This document shows, in pieces, positions 23,937-35,528 of a stretch of 64,000 nucleotides of DNA. The translations under genes were made by a program, and so were the position numbers. The DNA lies in assembly GCA_964016885.1 (NCBI GenBank), contig OZ024747.1, forward strand, positions 7,006,001 to 7,070,000. Direction: 5' to 3'. The DNA is from Eledone cirrhosa. Its lineage: Eukaryota. The first letter of the stretch is position 1; every line of letters starts with the position of its first letter. The notes beneath the pieces are model-generated. The model had not been told where the DNA came from, did not search any database, and was given only the letters and a program-made list of their open reading frames with translations.

Positions 23937-24049
23937 CGTTACCACAGTCTAGCAGCTGTCTTTTTGATTCTGTCTCCCCGAATTCTGTGTTCTGATGAGA
24001 CGCCAGGACAGTGTCAAACTGGTCGACATCAAATGGTGACACTGCTTCA
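23937..24049 (-). CDS. whirlin/PDZD7-like gene exon (end of harmonin-homology domain)
   Basis: ATATCTTTCAG acceptor, GTAAAT donor (alternative in-frame donor 6 nt upstream), phase 2 to 1: EAVSPFDVDQFDTVLASHQNTEFGETESKRQLLDCGN. Confidence 0.8.
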
Positions 24050-24088
24050 CTGAAAGATATTGCAAATATCTAGGTAACAAGACATAAT

Positions 24089-25253
24089 AGGTACTATGTA
24101 TAATATGGTAGGTACTATGTATAATATGGTAGGTGCTATGTATAATATGGTAGGTACAATGTATAATATGGTAGGTACAATGTATAATATGGTAGGTACA
24201 ATGTATAATATGGTAGGTGCTATGTATAATATGGTAGGTACTATGTATAATATGGTAGGTGCTATGTATAATATGGTAGGTGCTATGTATAATATGGTAG
24301 GTGCTATGTATAATATGGTAGGTGCTATGTATAATATGGTAGGTACAATGTATAATATGATAGGTACTATGTATAATATGATAGGTACTATGTATAATAT
24401 GGTAGGTGCTATGTATAATATGGTAGGTACAATGTATAATATGATAGGTACAATGTATAATATGATAGGTGCTATGTATAATATGGTAGGTACAATGTAT
24501 AATATGGTAGGTACAATGTATAATATGGTAGGTGCTATGTATAATATGGTAGGTACTATGTATAATATGGTAGGTGCTATGTATAATATGGTAGGTACAA
24601 TGTATAATATGGTAGGTACAATGTATAATATGGTAGGTACAATGTATAATATGGTAGGTGCTATGTATAATATGGTAGGTACTATGTATAATATGGTAGG
24701 TGCTATGTATAATATGGTAGGTACTATGTATAATATGGTAGGTGCTATGTATAATATGGTAGGTGCTATGTATAATATGGTAGGTGCTATGTATAATATG
24801 GTAGGTGCTATGTATAATATGGTAGGTACTATGTATAATATGATAGGTACTATGTATAATATGGTAGGTGCTATGTATAATATGGTAGGTACAATGTATA
24901 ATATGATAGGTACTATGTATAATATGGTAGGTACTATGTATAATATGGTAGGTAGTATGTATAATATGGTAGGTGCTATGTATAATATGGTAGGTGCTAT
25001 GTATAATATGATAGGTACTATGTATAATATGGTAGGTACTATGTATAATATGGTAGGTGCTATGTATAATATGGTAGGTGCTATGTATAATATGGTAGGT
25101 GCTATGTATAATATGGTAGGTACTATGTATAATATGGTAGGTACTATGTATAATATGATAGGTACTATGTATAATATGGTAGGTACTATGTATAATATGG
25201 TAGGTACTATGTATAATATGATAGGTACTATGTATAATATGGTAGGTGCTATG

Positions 25254-25260
<7 letters not shown>
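24089..25260. repeat. 21-bp minisatellite, ~55 copies
   Basis: Unit GGT(A/G)C(T/A)ATGTATAATATG(G/A)TA. Confidence 0.95.
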
Positions 25261-25295
<35 letters not shown>

Positions 25296-25298
<3 letters not shown>

Positions 25299-25862
25299 GA
25301 AGATCACTGATGAAGGACTAATTTTATTCATATGTAACCCATGTGCAACCACGCAGCACGCCATTTTTCTTATATTTATATTTTTTCCTCAGCTGCGACC
25401 TGTTTGTTTCTTTCTTACTGCTTCCCCTCTCTCTGTATCTCTCACCTTCTTTTTACCCCCTCTGCCAGTCACACTTTCTCTCTCAGCTGGCCTCTTCCTC
25501 ACACTTCCACTCACTCACTCTCTGCTTCTCCCCCTCTCTCACTTCCTCCTGTTTGACCTGTGAGAAATCCTTTTCTGGCTCACATCTCACCCATGTCGGA
25601 TGGTCTGTATCTCTCGTCCATGATTTCACCAAGCTTAAGCTTATAGATATCATGTACTTGTCTCTTCCTATCTTTCCGTTGCATTACCATCTTTGTTTAT
25701 TTTACTTGTCCCAATAACTTTCTTTAGTTATTGCTCGTACCAACTAGAGGTATATGATTTTTAAAGCGATGAAATACCAATGAAGGTTGGAAGATCACTG
25801 ATGAAGGACTAATTTTATTCATATGTAACCCATGTGCAACCACGCAGCACTCCATTTTTCTT
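25296..25862. mobile_element. element bounded by ~75-bp direct repeats (25296-25370, 25787-25861)
   Basis: TTGGAAGATCACTGATGAAGGACTAATTTTATTCATATGTAACCCATGTGCAACCACGCAGCAC occurs twice; follows (TA)n; has CTGATGA but no GAAA half. Confidence 0.5.
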
Positions 25863-25924
25863 TATACGTTTATACCTCATTACACAATGCTTCAAGTGAA
25901 CTATAACTTCCTCCATATATATAT

Positions 25925-26442
25925 ATGGAGGAAGTTATAAGCGCCAGAAGATTGACAAGTCGACCCTAAATATTACTAATACTTCTAGGAAAGCCATGAC
26001 AGACACCACACCTTTTAAACTTTGAATTTGAAAGTAGGTTTATAATGATCAATTTTCATTATACTTTTGTAACCGTCTCGGTGGCCTAGTTGGAGGAATC
26101 ATAGACGGTGGTGATCCTGGTCTGAAGTTCGATCCCGGTCGGGAGTAGGTTTCCCAGTAGACCTTTTCATTTTTTTTTATGGGATGTAAAATAAAAACTG
26201 AAAAAGATTACATGTACCTCTTGACCAGGACTGAGCTCAAGGCTAGGATCTCCACCGTCTCTAGTACCTACCGCTAGGCCACTGAAACAACTGCAAACAT
26301 CGACTGAAAATTCATACTTATAAACCTACTTTCAAAATTTTCAATACAAAATGATGTGGTGTCGTTCATGTCTTTCTTAACGTTATTGCTCCTACTTAAG
26401 GTCGACTTCTAAATCATTTGGGTGTTCCATAAACTACACCAT
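25925..26442. mobile_element. old fold-back MITE with tRNA-like A/B boxes in both arms
   Basis: Paired blocks AAGTCGACC/GGTCGACTT, TTTGAAAGTAGGTTTATAA/TTATAAACCTACTTTCAAA, GTGGCCTAG/CTAGGCCAC, AGACGGTGG/CCACCGTCT. Confidence 0.65.
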
Positions 26443-26711
26443 CGTTTCGTTTCTCATCTATTTAGACTATATTTTAACCTGTAATCCATGTTTCATTTCT
26501 GTTGCACCTTATTTCTCCCCCCACCATATCTCTTTATCTCTGTGATATTTGAATTGACTATGATTTGGGCTTACTTTATTCATATATATATGTTTTTGCA
26601 TGTCAGTTAGATTCAAACTTTGAGAAATATATAGAGAGAACAATTATCTAAACTATTCTGTGGCATAAATAGAATCAAACGATGTTTATGAAAAAAAACA
26701 CACACACTTAC

Positions 26712-26803
26712 CGTATTTGACGGAATAGTTGGCGTTTCTGGGTTGTATTTAGAATACTATACATCTGACTTACTAACAATTCAACATCATTGTTTTTGGA
26801 ATA
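26712..26803 (-). CDS. whirlin/PDZD7-like gene exon (harmonin-homology domain)
   Basis: CTATTTCAG acceptor, GTAAGT donor, 92 nt, phase 0 to 2: YSKNNDVELLVSQMYSILNTTQKRQLFRQIR. Confidence 0.85.
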
Positions 26804-26962
26804 CTGAAATAGTTTGAAAAGTGGTATCATAACTATGTAAGGAAGGACAGAGATCTATAATCGAAGACTAATCTATGATGAGACAATAATCCCGACCAAA
26901 ATCTGAGAAACCAATGGGGTTTCTCTGAAGGGACTTTGGAGTAACGTTACTCGATAGAGTGA

Positions 26963-27301
26963 GTCGTCGTCGTTGTTGTCGTTGTCGTTGTTGTCGTTGT
27001 TGTCGTTGTCATCGTTGATATTGTTGTCGTTGTCGTTGTTGTCGTTGTTGTCATCGTCGTTGTTGTCGTTGTTGTCGTTGTTGTCATCGTCGTTGTTGTC
27101 ATCGTCGTTGTCGTTGTTGTCGTTGTCATCGTTGATATTGTTGTCATCCTCGTTGTTGTCATCGTCGTTGTTGTCGTTGTCGTTGTTGTCGTTGTTGTCA
27201 TCCTCGTTGTTGTCATCGTCGTTGTTGTCGTTGTCGTTGTTGTCGTTGTTGTCATCCTCGTTGTTGTCATCGTCGTTGTTGTCGTTGTCGTTGTTGTTGT
27301 T
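26963..27301. repeat. (GTT/GTC/ATC)n trinucleotide array
   Basis: Seen directly. Confidence 0.9.
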
Positions 27302-27365
27302 GTGAGCCTTGTCTCAGATCTTCATCTAAGTTCGTGTCAGTAAAACAATTTATCACGTGACTTAC

Positions 27366-27520
27366 TTCATGCATGAAATGCATCACTAACTTCATCTCTT
27401 CGGCGTTCAATAATATGGCTGCCATTTTCTCGAGTATATTAAAAGGGCTTTCCTTCGTTTTCTTCCTTAATGCAATCTTCGGACTCATGTCAACAACTCC
27501 AGCATTCTTTATGTGGAGAC
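27366..27520 (-). CDS. whirlin/PDZD7-like gene exon (start of harmonin-homology domain)
   Basis: TTCTTTTTACCCCTTACTAG acceptor, GTAAGT donor, 155 nt, phase 1 to 0: LHIKNAGVVDMSPKIALRKKTKESPFNILEKMAAILLNAEEMKLVMHFMHE. Confidence 0.82.
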
Positions 27521-27574
27521 CTAGTAAGGGGTAAAAAGAAGTGCTATCAAACCATTGCTTATTTGACCCAATAC

Positions 27575-27720
27575 AATGTCTGTGGCGGCATTCACCCTGG
27601 GTCGGTTGAGCCGTCTCCGTCCAAGGAATTTACCGTATCCTGAATGAAGGCCGACCAAGCACGACGGTCCGTCGCTATCGAAGATATGAGTGTCAGCCAT
27701 TCGGAATACAATGGAATTAA
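27575..27720 (-). mobile_element. RTE-type LINE 3' end remnant
   Basis: EWLTLISSIATDRRAWSAFIQDTVNSLDGDGSTDPG*, the AxDRxxW C-terminal RTE motif. Confidence 0.5.
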
Positions 27721-28313
27721 TAGGACCCAATATTTATCACTTGCACAAACAATATAAATATAATTAGTTGTAACTAATTGCTTCAGTATTCGACTGTTAC
27801 TTAATTTTATTGACTTTGGAAAGATGAAAAGTTAGAGCATAAAAAAAAATCGGATCAAATACGATGACACATTTTACCCGAAGCTCTAACGATTCTGCCT
27901 TTTATTTCACAAAAAAAAAAAAAAAAATTTATTCTACTGAATTAGTCCGAGCATATCACTGGTACTTTGCAATATGTATCATCTGGGAAATTAATGTTAA
28001 AGTAGACCAAGAAAGATAGAGAATGATATGTAGTTATAAATTGTGGTATGAAAAGGTGGATGTATTGAGTAAATTTGCTTGCATAATAAAGACTGCATCA
28101 CAAAGCCTGACATTCCTCTTCAGAGCCAAAACATACTTCAGTTCCCAACAGTTACTACAACCTTTAAACCTCTACAAAGCTCACGTGAGATTCCCATCTA
28201 AGACGGTTTTGCTGTTACATATACAGACATTTTCGATTACATCTAAATAAAGGCAACACGACTTATTAGCATGAAGCCGTTAACTGTTACACTCTAACTT
28301 CTGGCCCATATAT

Positions 28314-28925
28314 ATGCTGTCTCCTCTCTTTGTTTTTTCAACCGGTACTACAGTGGCTAGTCTCGAACTCTCTCGTCTCAGACATTCTCGACTCGCTCGC
28401 CACTTTTTCTTTCGTCATCTATATTGTGCTTATCCCTCTTCCACAGATTATCGGTCGTCTATATTTCTTTCCTTGTACATGTTTTTTTCTGCAGCCGTCG
28501 ACTTCAAATTGTTCAAGAGGGAAGTTAATCACGTTGATCTCACCAGTTTCGGAAACCTGCGAAAGCCACGTGTAGAGCCCTTTGCTCCAAACCAAACAGT
28601 TATAAAAAATAAGATACAGACAAAGGACACAACAATTTAGTGTATTGCTGGTTGCAGGCTCTTAGTGAGTGAAGGTTTGTTAATTAGGTAGATGTCTTGG
28701 GGTGCCATTTATCATATTTATATGAATTATGGCAGCTTCATCTCAGATATGTAAGCAGTATTCTAATATGGATGGATGTTCTACCTTGTAGACGGTTATC
28801 AATAAATTATAGCTGAAATGTTGTCTTGCTTTGAAGAGGAGTCTAGCCTTTGCGATGCAGTTTTGACTTGGTAATTTATGTGTGAGAACGAGTTAAGATT
28901 ATGTGATAATATAATCATGATAAAC
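28314..28925. mobile_element. degenerate CR1/Jockey-like LINE ORF2 fragments in opposite orientations
   Basis: Plus strand ...VDFKLFKREVNHVDL; minus strand LLFKARQHFSYNLLITVYK...ILEYCLHI. Confidence 0.4.
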
Positions 28926-28942
28926 AGATTTCTAGAACTTAC

Positions 28943-29083
28943 CAGGTGAAGGAGGTGTTCGCATTGATGCGCTTCTTTTCTTAGCCAACCTTCTGCTCAA
29001 ACTCCCATAGTTACCACGATTTTCATTTCTTTCAGCGGGAGAAAGCTCTACCAGTGATTGAGCATTCTGATCTTGGTCTTTGC
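28943..29083 (-). CDS. whirlin/PDZD7-like gene exon (linker)
   Basis: TTTTATCATTTCAG acceptor, GTAAGT donor, 141 nt, phase 1 to 1: KDQDQNAQSLVELSPAERNENRGNYGSLSRRLAKKRSASMRTPPSP. Confidence 0.75.
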
Positions 29084-29259
29084 CTGAAATGATAAAAGAG
29101 TTGTTCACTGTAGTTTGGATCATTGAACCAAAAACAACGGCAAATGAATAAGAATAAATTTACTGGATTCAAGAGGATTAAAAGGTTAAATCTATACTAA
29201 AGATCGACAGTCGATCATCAAGATCCCAGACCTCATTTTCTTAACGAGTGGGGTGGAGC

Positions 29260-29465
29260 TCGTCAAATCGGACCGGGGAAACAATGTTTCCATTGGTCTT
29301 TCCAATCGCTAATACTATCTGTCGGTCGCAAATCTAAGCAGAAGGAGCAACGTGAAATAAAGTGTCTTGTTGGTGGACATAACGCATCGCGCAGTCCGGG
29401 AATCGAACTCACAACCTCACGATTGCGAATCTAATTCTCTAACCACACAGCCACGCGCCTTCACT
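29260..29465 (-). mobile_element. tRNA-derived SINE (CORE/V-like)
   Basis: A box TGGCTGTGTGG, B box GTTCGATTCC, then AAGACACTTTATTTCACGTTGCTCC. Confidence 0.65.
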
Positions 29466-29692
29466 AAAAATATTCCCCCTAAATCCCGAGAAATTGGGTT
29501 AATTTCCAGGTATTGTTATGGCAATAACAAAAACAAAGCCTAATGACATATTTTCAAACACAGACACGTAGAACAAGCAAACAGACACAGATAATAAATA
29601 GACACATTTATTAGTGAGAGGTTCAGGTCATTCCTTGAACATGACTGATAACCTTGGAGGGTGAGGGTCAGTGTCTGAGGAGGAGTGTGTGT

Positions 29693-29723
<31 letters not shown>

Positions 29724-30566
29724 GTTATAGTGAAAGGTACTAACTTAATACAGTCTTACAGCCGACATGACATATAGGCAATATTACAAACATGCACACA
29801 CGCACCACACGCATATACATACACACATACATACACACATACATACACACACATCACACACACCCCACACACACCCCACACACACATCCATACACACACA
29901 CATCCATACACACACACATCACACACACCACACATACATATACACACACACATGCACGCATCACACACACCACACACACACATACACACACACACACACA
30001 TACACACATCACACACACCACACACACACACATACATACACACACATACACACACATACTCACACACACACCATACACACACACGCATACACACACGCAC
30101 ATACCACACACGCACCATACACACACACACATCATATACATACGCATACACACTCACACAAACATTTTTGTGACCAAATATGTGTGTATGTATAATTGTA
30201 TCTATGTTTACTTGTTTGTGCTTGTATGTGTGAGTGTGTGTGTGTGTGTGTGTGTGGTATGTGTGTGTATGTGTGTGCGTGTGCGTATGTGTGTGTATGT
30301 GTGAGTATGTGTATGTGTGAGTGTGTATGTGTGTGTATGTGTGCGCATGTGTGAGTATGTGTATGTGTGAGTGTGTATGTGTGTGTATGTGTGCGCATGT
30401 GTGTATGTGTGTGTATGTGTGTGTATGTGTGTGTATGTGTGTGTATGTGTGTGTGTGTGTGTGGTATGTGTGTGTATGTGTGCGCGTGTGTGTATGTGTG
30501 TGTATGTGTGAGTGTGTATGTGTGTGGGGTATGTGTATGTATGTGTTTGTGTGTGTTTATGCTTAC

Positions 30567-30671
30567 TGTTAGCCTCTTCTTCATTTGCTTTTTTGATGGG
30601 GTTTCGAAACTGGTCGTCATTCTCTGAAGGTTGGGACTGAGACTGCAGCTGTTTGGTGTCACTGTTGTTGC
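30567..30671 (-). CDS. whirlin/PDZD7-like gene exon (linker)
   Basis: GTAAGC donor; first AG after the pyrimidine tract gives 105 nt, phase 1 to 1: NNSDTKQLQSQSQPSENDDQFRNPIKKANEEEAN. Confidence 0.62.
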
Positions 30672-30796
30672 CTTGTTTATAGTAATATAGAAGAGAAGAT
30701 GTTAGGAGGAGGTGGAGGGAAAGAAATGGCGAAGTAGAGAGAGAGAGAGAGAAGGAGACAAGGTGCGAGAGAGGGATAGATAAAGTAATAGATAAA

Positions 30797-31196
30797 TTTC
30801 TTTATTAGCCACAAGGGCACAAAAGAAGGGGACAAATACAAATGGGGAGTTTATATACAGGTATATGAAAATAAAACTATTAATAAAATAACAAATAACA
30901 ATTGAAATCCCCAATAGGGGGGAGGCGTTACACAGGGGTTGTACACACCCCGAAAAAATGTACAACCCTCATCTCCAGGAACACCAAGAGTGAGTACTCC
31001 CTTCGTCTCTTCCTCCTTTTCCTCAACCTACAGGCTTATATAGAGAGAAGGCCCAACCACTCGGGCCATCTTTGCCACATTCACCCACCTTTCATAAAAC
31101 TTGCTGGGGTACAGCACCTCTCTCTCCATCTTGATTCTTCTTCCAAAATGATATTTGAAAAAACGAATCAGTTGCTCGCCGGAGAGAAAGGTGTCT
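30797..31196 (-). mobile_element. Tx1/L1-type LINE 3' end
   Basis: Reverse-complement homolog of 36196-36747; ends GTGGCTAATAAAGAAA; abuts (GATA)n. Confidence 0.65.
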
Positions 31197-31201
31197 GATA
31201 G

Positions 31202-31285
<84 letters not shown>

Positions 31286-31355
31286 GGAGACAGGGAGGAA
31301 TAGAGGGATAGATAGAGAAGGATAGATAGAGAGATAGATAGAGAAATAGACAGAC

Positions 31356-31406
<51 letters not shown>

Positions 31407-31661
31407 AATGAAAAGTATAGAAATTATTATGAGCAAGAAGCACACAGTATTTCATAATATATAAGTGACTATACCATCAAAATGGGAAAAATACTTAACG
31501 TAAGATGTGGGAAAAATAATTCAAACTCAACTCAAAAAGAATCAGGATATAGATTCATCCAACAGAATTTAGTGAAATTCAGGGAAAAAATCAATAGAGC
31601 CTTAACTCATGATAAAATAAAGTCTAAAATACTCATCCTTCAATTTTGAAAAACTACAAAT

Positions 31662-31722
31662 GCTCTATTTCACGAAACTTTCAGTGGGGATGGTCAAGGT
31701 TGGATTCGATCATCAGCAGAGC
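31662..31722 (-). ncRNA. degenerate hammerhead motif lacking helix III
   Basis: Helix I GCTCTG/TAGAGC; CTGATGA; helix II CGAA/TTCG; GAAA joined directly to helix I. Confidence 0.4.
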
Positions 31723-31903
31723 TCAACACGATAACCAAAATCTCACTGATTATATATATATATATGGTTGAACTCTTTATTAAATATTAACCCTTCTTTA
31801 ATATTTAACACTGCTAACCCAAGCATTGAGTCCACCTCGCCTCGGCTATCGGCATTTAGTATACCGCAGCACACCTCTCCCCCTTCACTCTCCTCCTCTC
31901 TTA

Positions 31904-31971
<68 letters not shown>

Positions 31972-32038
31972 GTTATTCCGGGTTGAATCGGAGGTAACCA
32001 CAGTAAGTAAGGTACTCAATACATAGCAGAGTATAAAA

Positions 32039-32129
32039 GTTTTAATATAGATGAGATTCTACAGGACTAGAACTGTTTCATTCTTTAGAATGAAACAGTT
32101 CTAGTCCTGTAGAATCTCATCTATATTAA

Positions 32130-32133
<4 letters not shown>
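32039..32133. repeat. perfect ~95-bp fold-back within a TA-embedded element
   Basis: GTTTTAATATAGATGAG...GTTTCATTCT TT AGAATGAAAC...CTCATCTATATTAAAAC. Confidence 0.85.
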
Positions 32134-32220
<87 letters not shown>

Positions 32221-32556
32221 TAGATAGAGAGAGAGAGAGAGAGATATTGTCTAGTTGAGTAATTCTACAACTTATTAGATTTTGGCTTCACCTTCATCAA
32301 GCAGAACATCTTTTCTATGAAAGACGATTTCTCCGGTGCAGAATACATTTAAATATATTTAAATATATTTAAATATAAACATTTAAATATATTTGGTAAA
32401 GTTGTTCAGTTTCGTGGACAAACTATTTAATATCTCTTTTAACTCATTTGTTTCTTTTCGTTTTATAATGTATATTTATATCTTATACCAACTACACATA
32501 ACTTAGCATTGACATAACTTAGATAATAATATAGTTTAATCGTACAATTATATATG

Positions 32557-32600
32557 ACCCTTTCTGATGAGACACACATGTCGAAATGTGTTTACAGGTG
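32557..32600 (+). ncRNA. hammerhead-like motif
   Basis: CTGATGA-GACA CACA TGTC-GAAA; helix I poor. Another degenerate motif lies at 32263-32306 (minus). Confidence 0.4.
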
Positions 32601-33134
32601 ACAGAAAGAACATTTTACAGTCATACAATACAGAATATTGGTTTCTCATATAAGCACAAGGCCAGCAATTCTTGGGGAGGGGAAAGCCGATTAAATCGAC
32701 CCTAGTGCGTGACTGGTATTTCATTTTATCGACCCTTTAAGGATGAAAGGCAAAGTTAACCTCGGGAGTATTTGAACTCAGATCATAAAGGGCCGTAACT
32801 CTATGTTGCAAAGTATGGCGTCCGACCATTTACCTATACTGCCAATTATTGCATTAACAGTATTTTATTTCAAGACGATACTCAATCACAGATGGAATCC
32901 CCAAACAGGCTTAAAACTAATCCGCGCAATTCCCTTTTTTCTGTCCACGGAGATACTGTATATACTTATCAAGAGTTTATATTTATCTATGCATACATGC
33001 ATCCAAGATCCAGTAACTCCGAGAGAGTCGTAGGGGCGCCATATTGATATACGGCGTCTCTAGGACATTTTTAAAATCTGGCAGAGCCTATCTACTTTCC
33101 AGGCCTGAATGCAGCAGATTTCTTACAGAGAAGG

Positions 33135-33617
33135 ATATAGAGTGTGAGAGACAGGAAGTGAGAAAGTGATATAGAGTGTGAGAGACCGGAAGTGAGAAAG
33201 TGATATAGAGTGTGAGAGAGAGGAAGTGAGAAAGTGATATAGAGTGTGAGAGACCGGAAGTGAGAAAGTGATATAGAGTGTGAGAGACAGGAAGTGAGAA
33301 AGTGATATAGAGTGTGAGAGACCGGAAGTGAGAAAGTGATATAGAGTGTGAGAGACAGGAAGTGAGAAAGTGATATAGAGTGTGAGAGACCGGAAGTGAG
33401 AAAGTGATATAGAGTGTGAGAGACAGGAAGTGAGAAAGTGATATAGAGTGTGAGAGACCGGAAGTGAGAAAGTGATACAGAGTGTGAGAGACCGGAAGTG
33501 AGAAAGTGATATAGAGTGTGAGAGACAGGAAGTGAGAAAGTGATATAGAGCGTGAGAGACCGGAAGTGAGAAAGTGATATAGAGTGTGAGAGACCGGAAG
33601 TGAGAAAGTGATATAGA
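33135..33617. repeat. 34-bp minisatellite (~14 copies) inside a SINE (about 33010-33668)
   Basis: Unit GATATAGAGTGTGAGAGAC(A/C)GGAAGTGAGAAAGT; flanks match the SINE at 56665-56980. Confidence 0.9.
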
Positions 33618-33666
33618 GGAAGAATCGACCCCAGTACTAGACTGGTACTTTTCTTTTATCGACCTC

Positions 33667-33762
<96 letters not shown>

Positions 33763-33876
33763 AAGGTTCGGAGCTCAGCCGTCGGGGTCCCGATTCTTTT
33801 CATATCCACTCCACTACCCTATATTGAGTACTCTGGTGCGTTATGGCCCACCTGGAATCTTACCACATTTTCTTTG

Positions 33877-33930
<54 letters not shown>

Positions 33931-33932
<2 letters not shown>

Positions 33933-34080
33933 AGGGCGGGTAAAATTCCCGAGATCCATGGACGAGTTCTCTCCAGCGGTCCCTGTCCCTCATTATCGCT
34001 GCCATGTCCTGCGTCTCCAACAGACCAGTGTCTGTCCTTAGGGCATCAACATATGTTAACCTTGATCTTCCTCTTCCAGT
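33931..34080 (-). mobile_element. RTE-type LINE ORF2 3' end
   Basis: [39 protein letters not shown]. Confidence 0.7.
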
Positions 34081-34237
34081 GTGTATATATACATACACAT
34101 ATATATATATATATATATAACAAAGAAAATGTGGTAAGATTCCAGGTTGACCATAACACACCAGAGTACTCAATACTTATATATATATATATATAAACTT
34201 AAATGATGATTTTTATACACACAACATATGGGATATA

Positions 34238-34344
<107 letters not shown>

Positions 34345-34667
34345 TGAGTGATAGAAAAGGAAGTAAAGATAGATAGAGAGAGGAATATAAAAAGAGAGAT
34401 AGATATTAGGTTGTGGGATACTTAGAAAGATAGATAACTAAATAAATAGAAAGTTACATAACTGAACATATGGACAGATCTAAACGAACTTAAGAATATA
34501 CGACTCAATCCAAGGTCCCAAATATTATTGAACACAAAACATTTTGTCGGTAACCTTTTCACGTTCTTTGCTGCAAATGAACAATTAGTTACAGGTGAAA
34601 TGCTCAAATACCGTATTAAAGTGTAATCAGTGGGGAAGGTGATAACATTTAATATAGTTCAACTCAC

Positions 34668-34793
34668 CGTTGTCGTCATCAGAATCGCTGTCATCACTTA
34701 TCCAATTGAGACGAAATAGAGACGATGGCAATGGAGTTTCATCAAATTTTTCTATATCTTCATAATTATCCATCTTGACTTTTCTGACAGCAA
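34668..34793 (-). CDS. whirlin/PDZD7-like gene, most upstream exon recovered
   Basis: GTGAGT donor, phase 1 end; KVKMDNYEDIEKFDETPLPSSLFRLNWISDDSDSDDDN; acceptor at 34793 or 34783, or start at the AAGATGG ATG. Confidence 0.62.
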
Positions 34794-35294
34794 CTAGCGC
34801 AACGGAGTTAACTCATGCCAATCACCTCCTTCGTACGTACACGAAAACATATGAAGACGGAGAAAGATAATGAGAGATTAATATACACATACACACATAC
34901 ACACACACACACACACACATACACACACACACACACATACACACTCACACACACACACATACACATACACACACTCACACACACACATACACACTCTCTC
35001 TGACACACACACAGACACATATATATTGAAAAAATATTTAATACCTACATTTGCATGCGTTTCTTTAACAAACCAAGACGACCGCCATGAATAAAAATGG
35101 CGCCAAGTAGCAGGCGACGTTGACAGCTTAGACCTATCAAAGATACAATGAGTTGTAAGTAATTAGTGATTCACTGCTTGCACGGTCATTGTTAAACAAT
35201 GAAAATAAGACTAATGATATACAATGATTGTTACTAGAGAGAAAGTGTAGGACTGTTCGACACATCTGGTCATTGTGGTGCTACTAGCTAAAAC

Positions 35295-35336
<42 letters not shown>

Positions 35337-35353
35337 TTATCTATCTATCTATC

Positions 35354-35460
35354 TTGTTTGTTGAAAATATTTTTTTACACGATTGTATGTAAAATCCCCG
35401 GCATGTGTCCTTGTATTGTCCCCTTTTCTTGTGCGCTCTTGTGGCAAATAAAGAAATATA

Positions 35461-35528
<68 letters not shown>

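Noticed and set aside
23990-24010. CTGATGAGAC as a hammerhead core
   Set aside because: No matching GAAA or helices; it lies within a coding exon of the opposite strand.
23949-25364. 471-aa and 404-aa ORFs
   Set aside because: Translations of a 21-bp minisatellite inside an intron.
27521-27730. 69-aa ORF as a host exon
   Set aside because: Another frame matches an RTE LINE 3' end, and there is no convincing acceptor.
28184-28242. Extra exon candidate for the PDZ gene
   Set aside because: Splice-like sites are present but the end phase is incompatible with the next exon.
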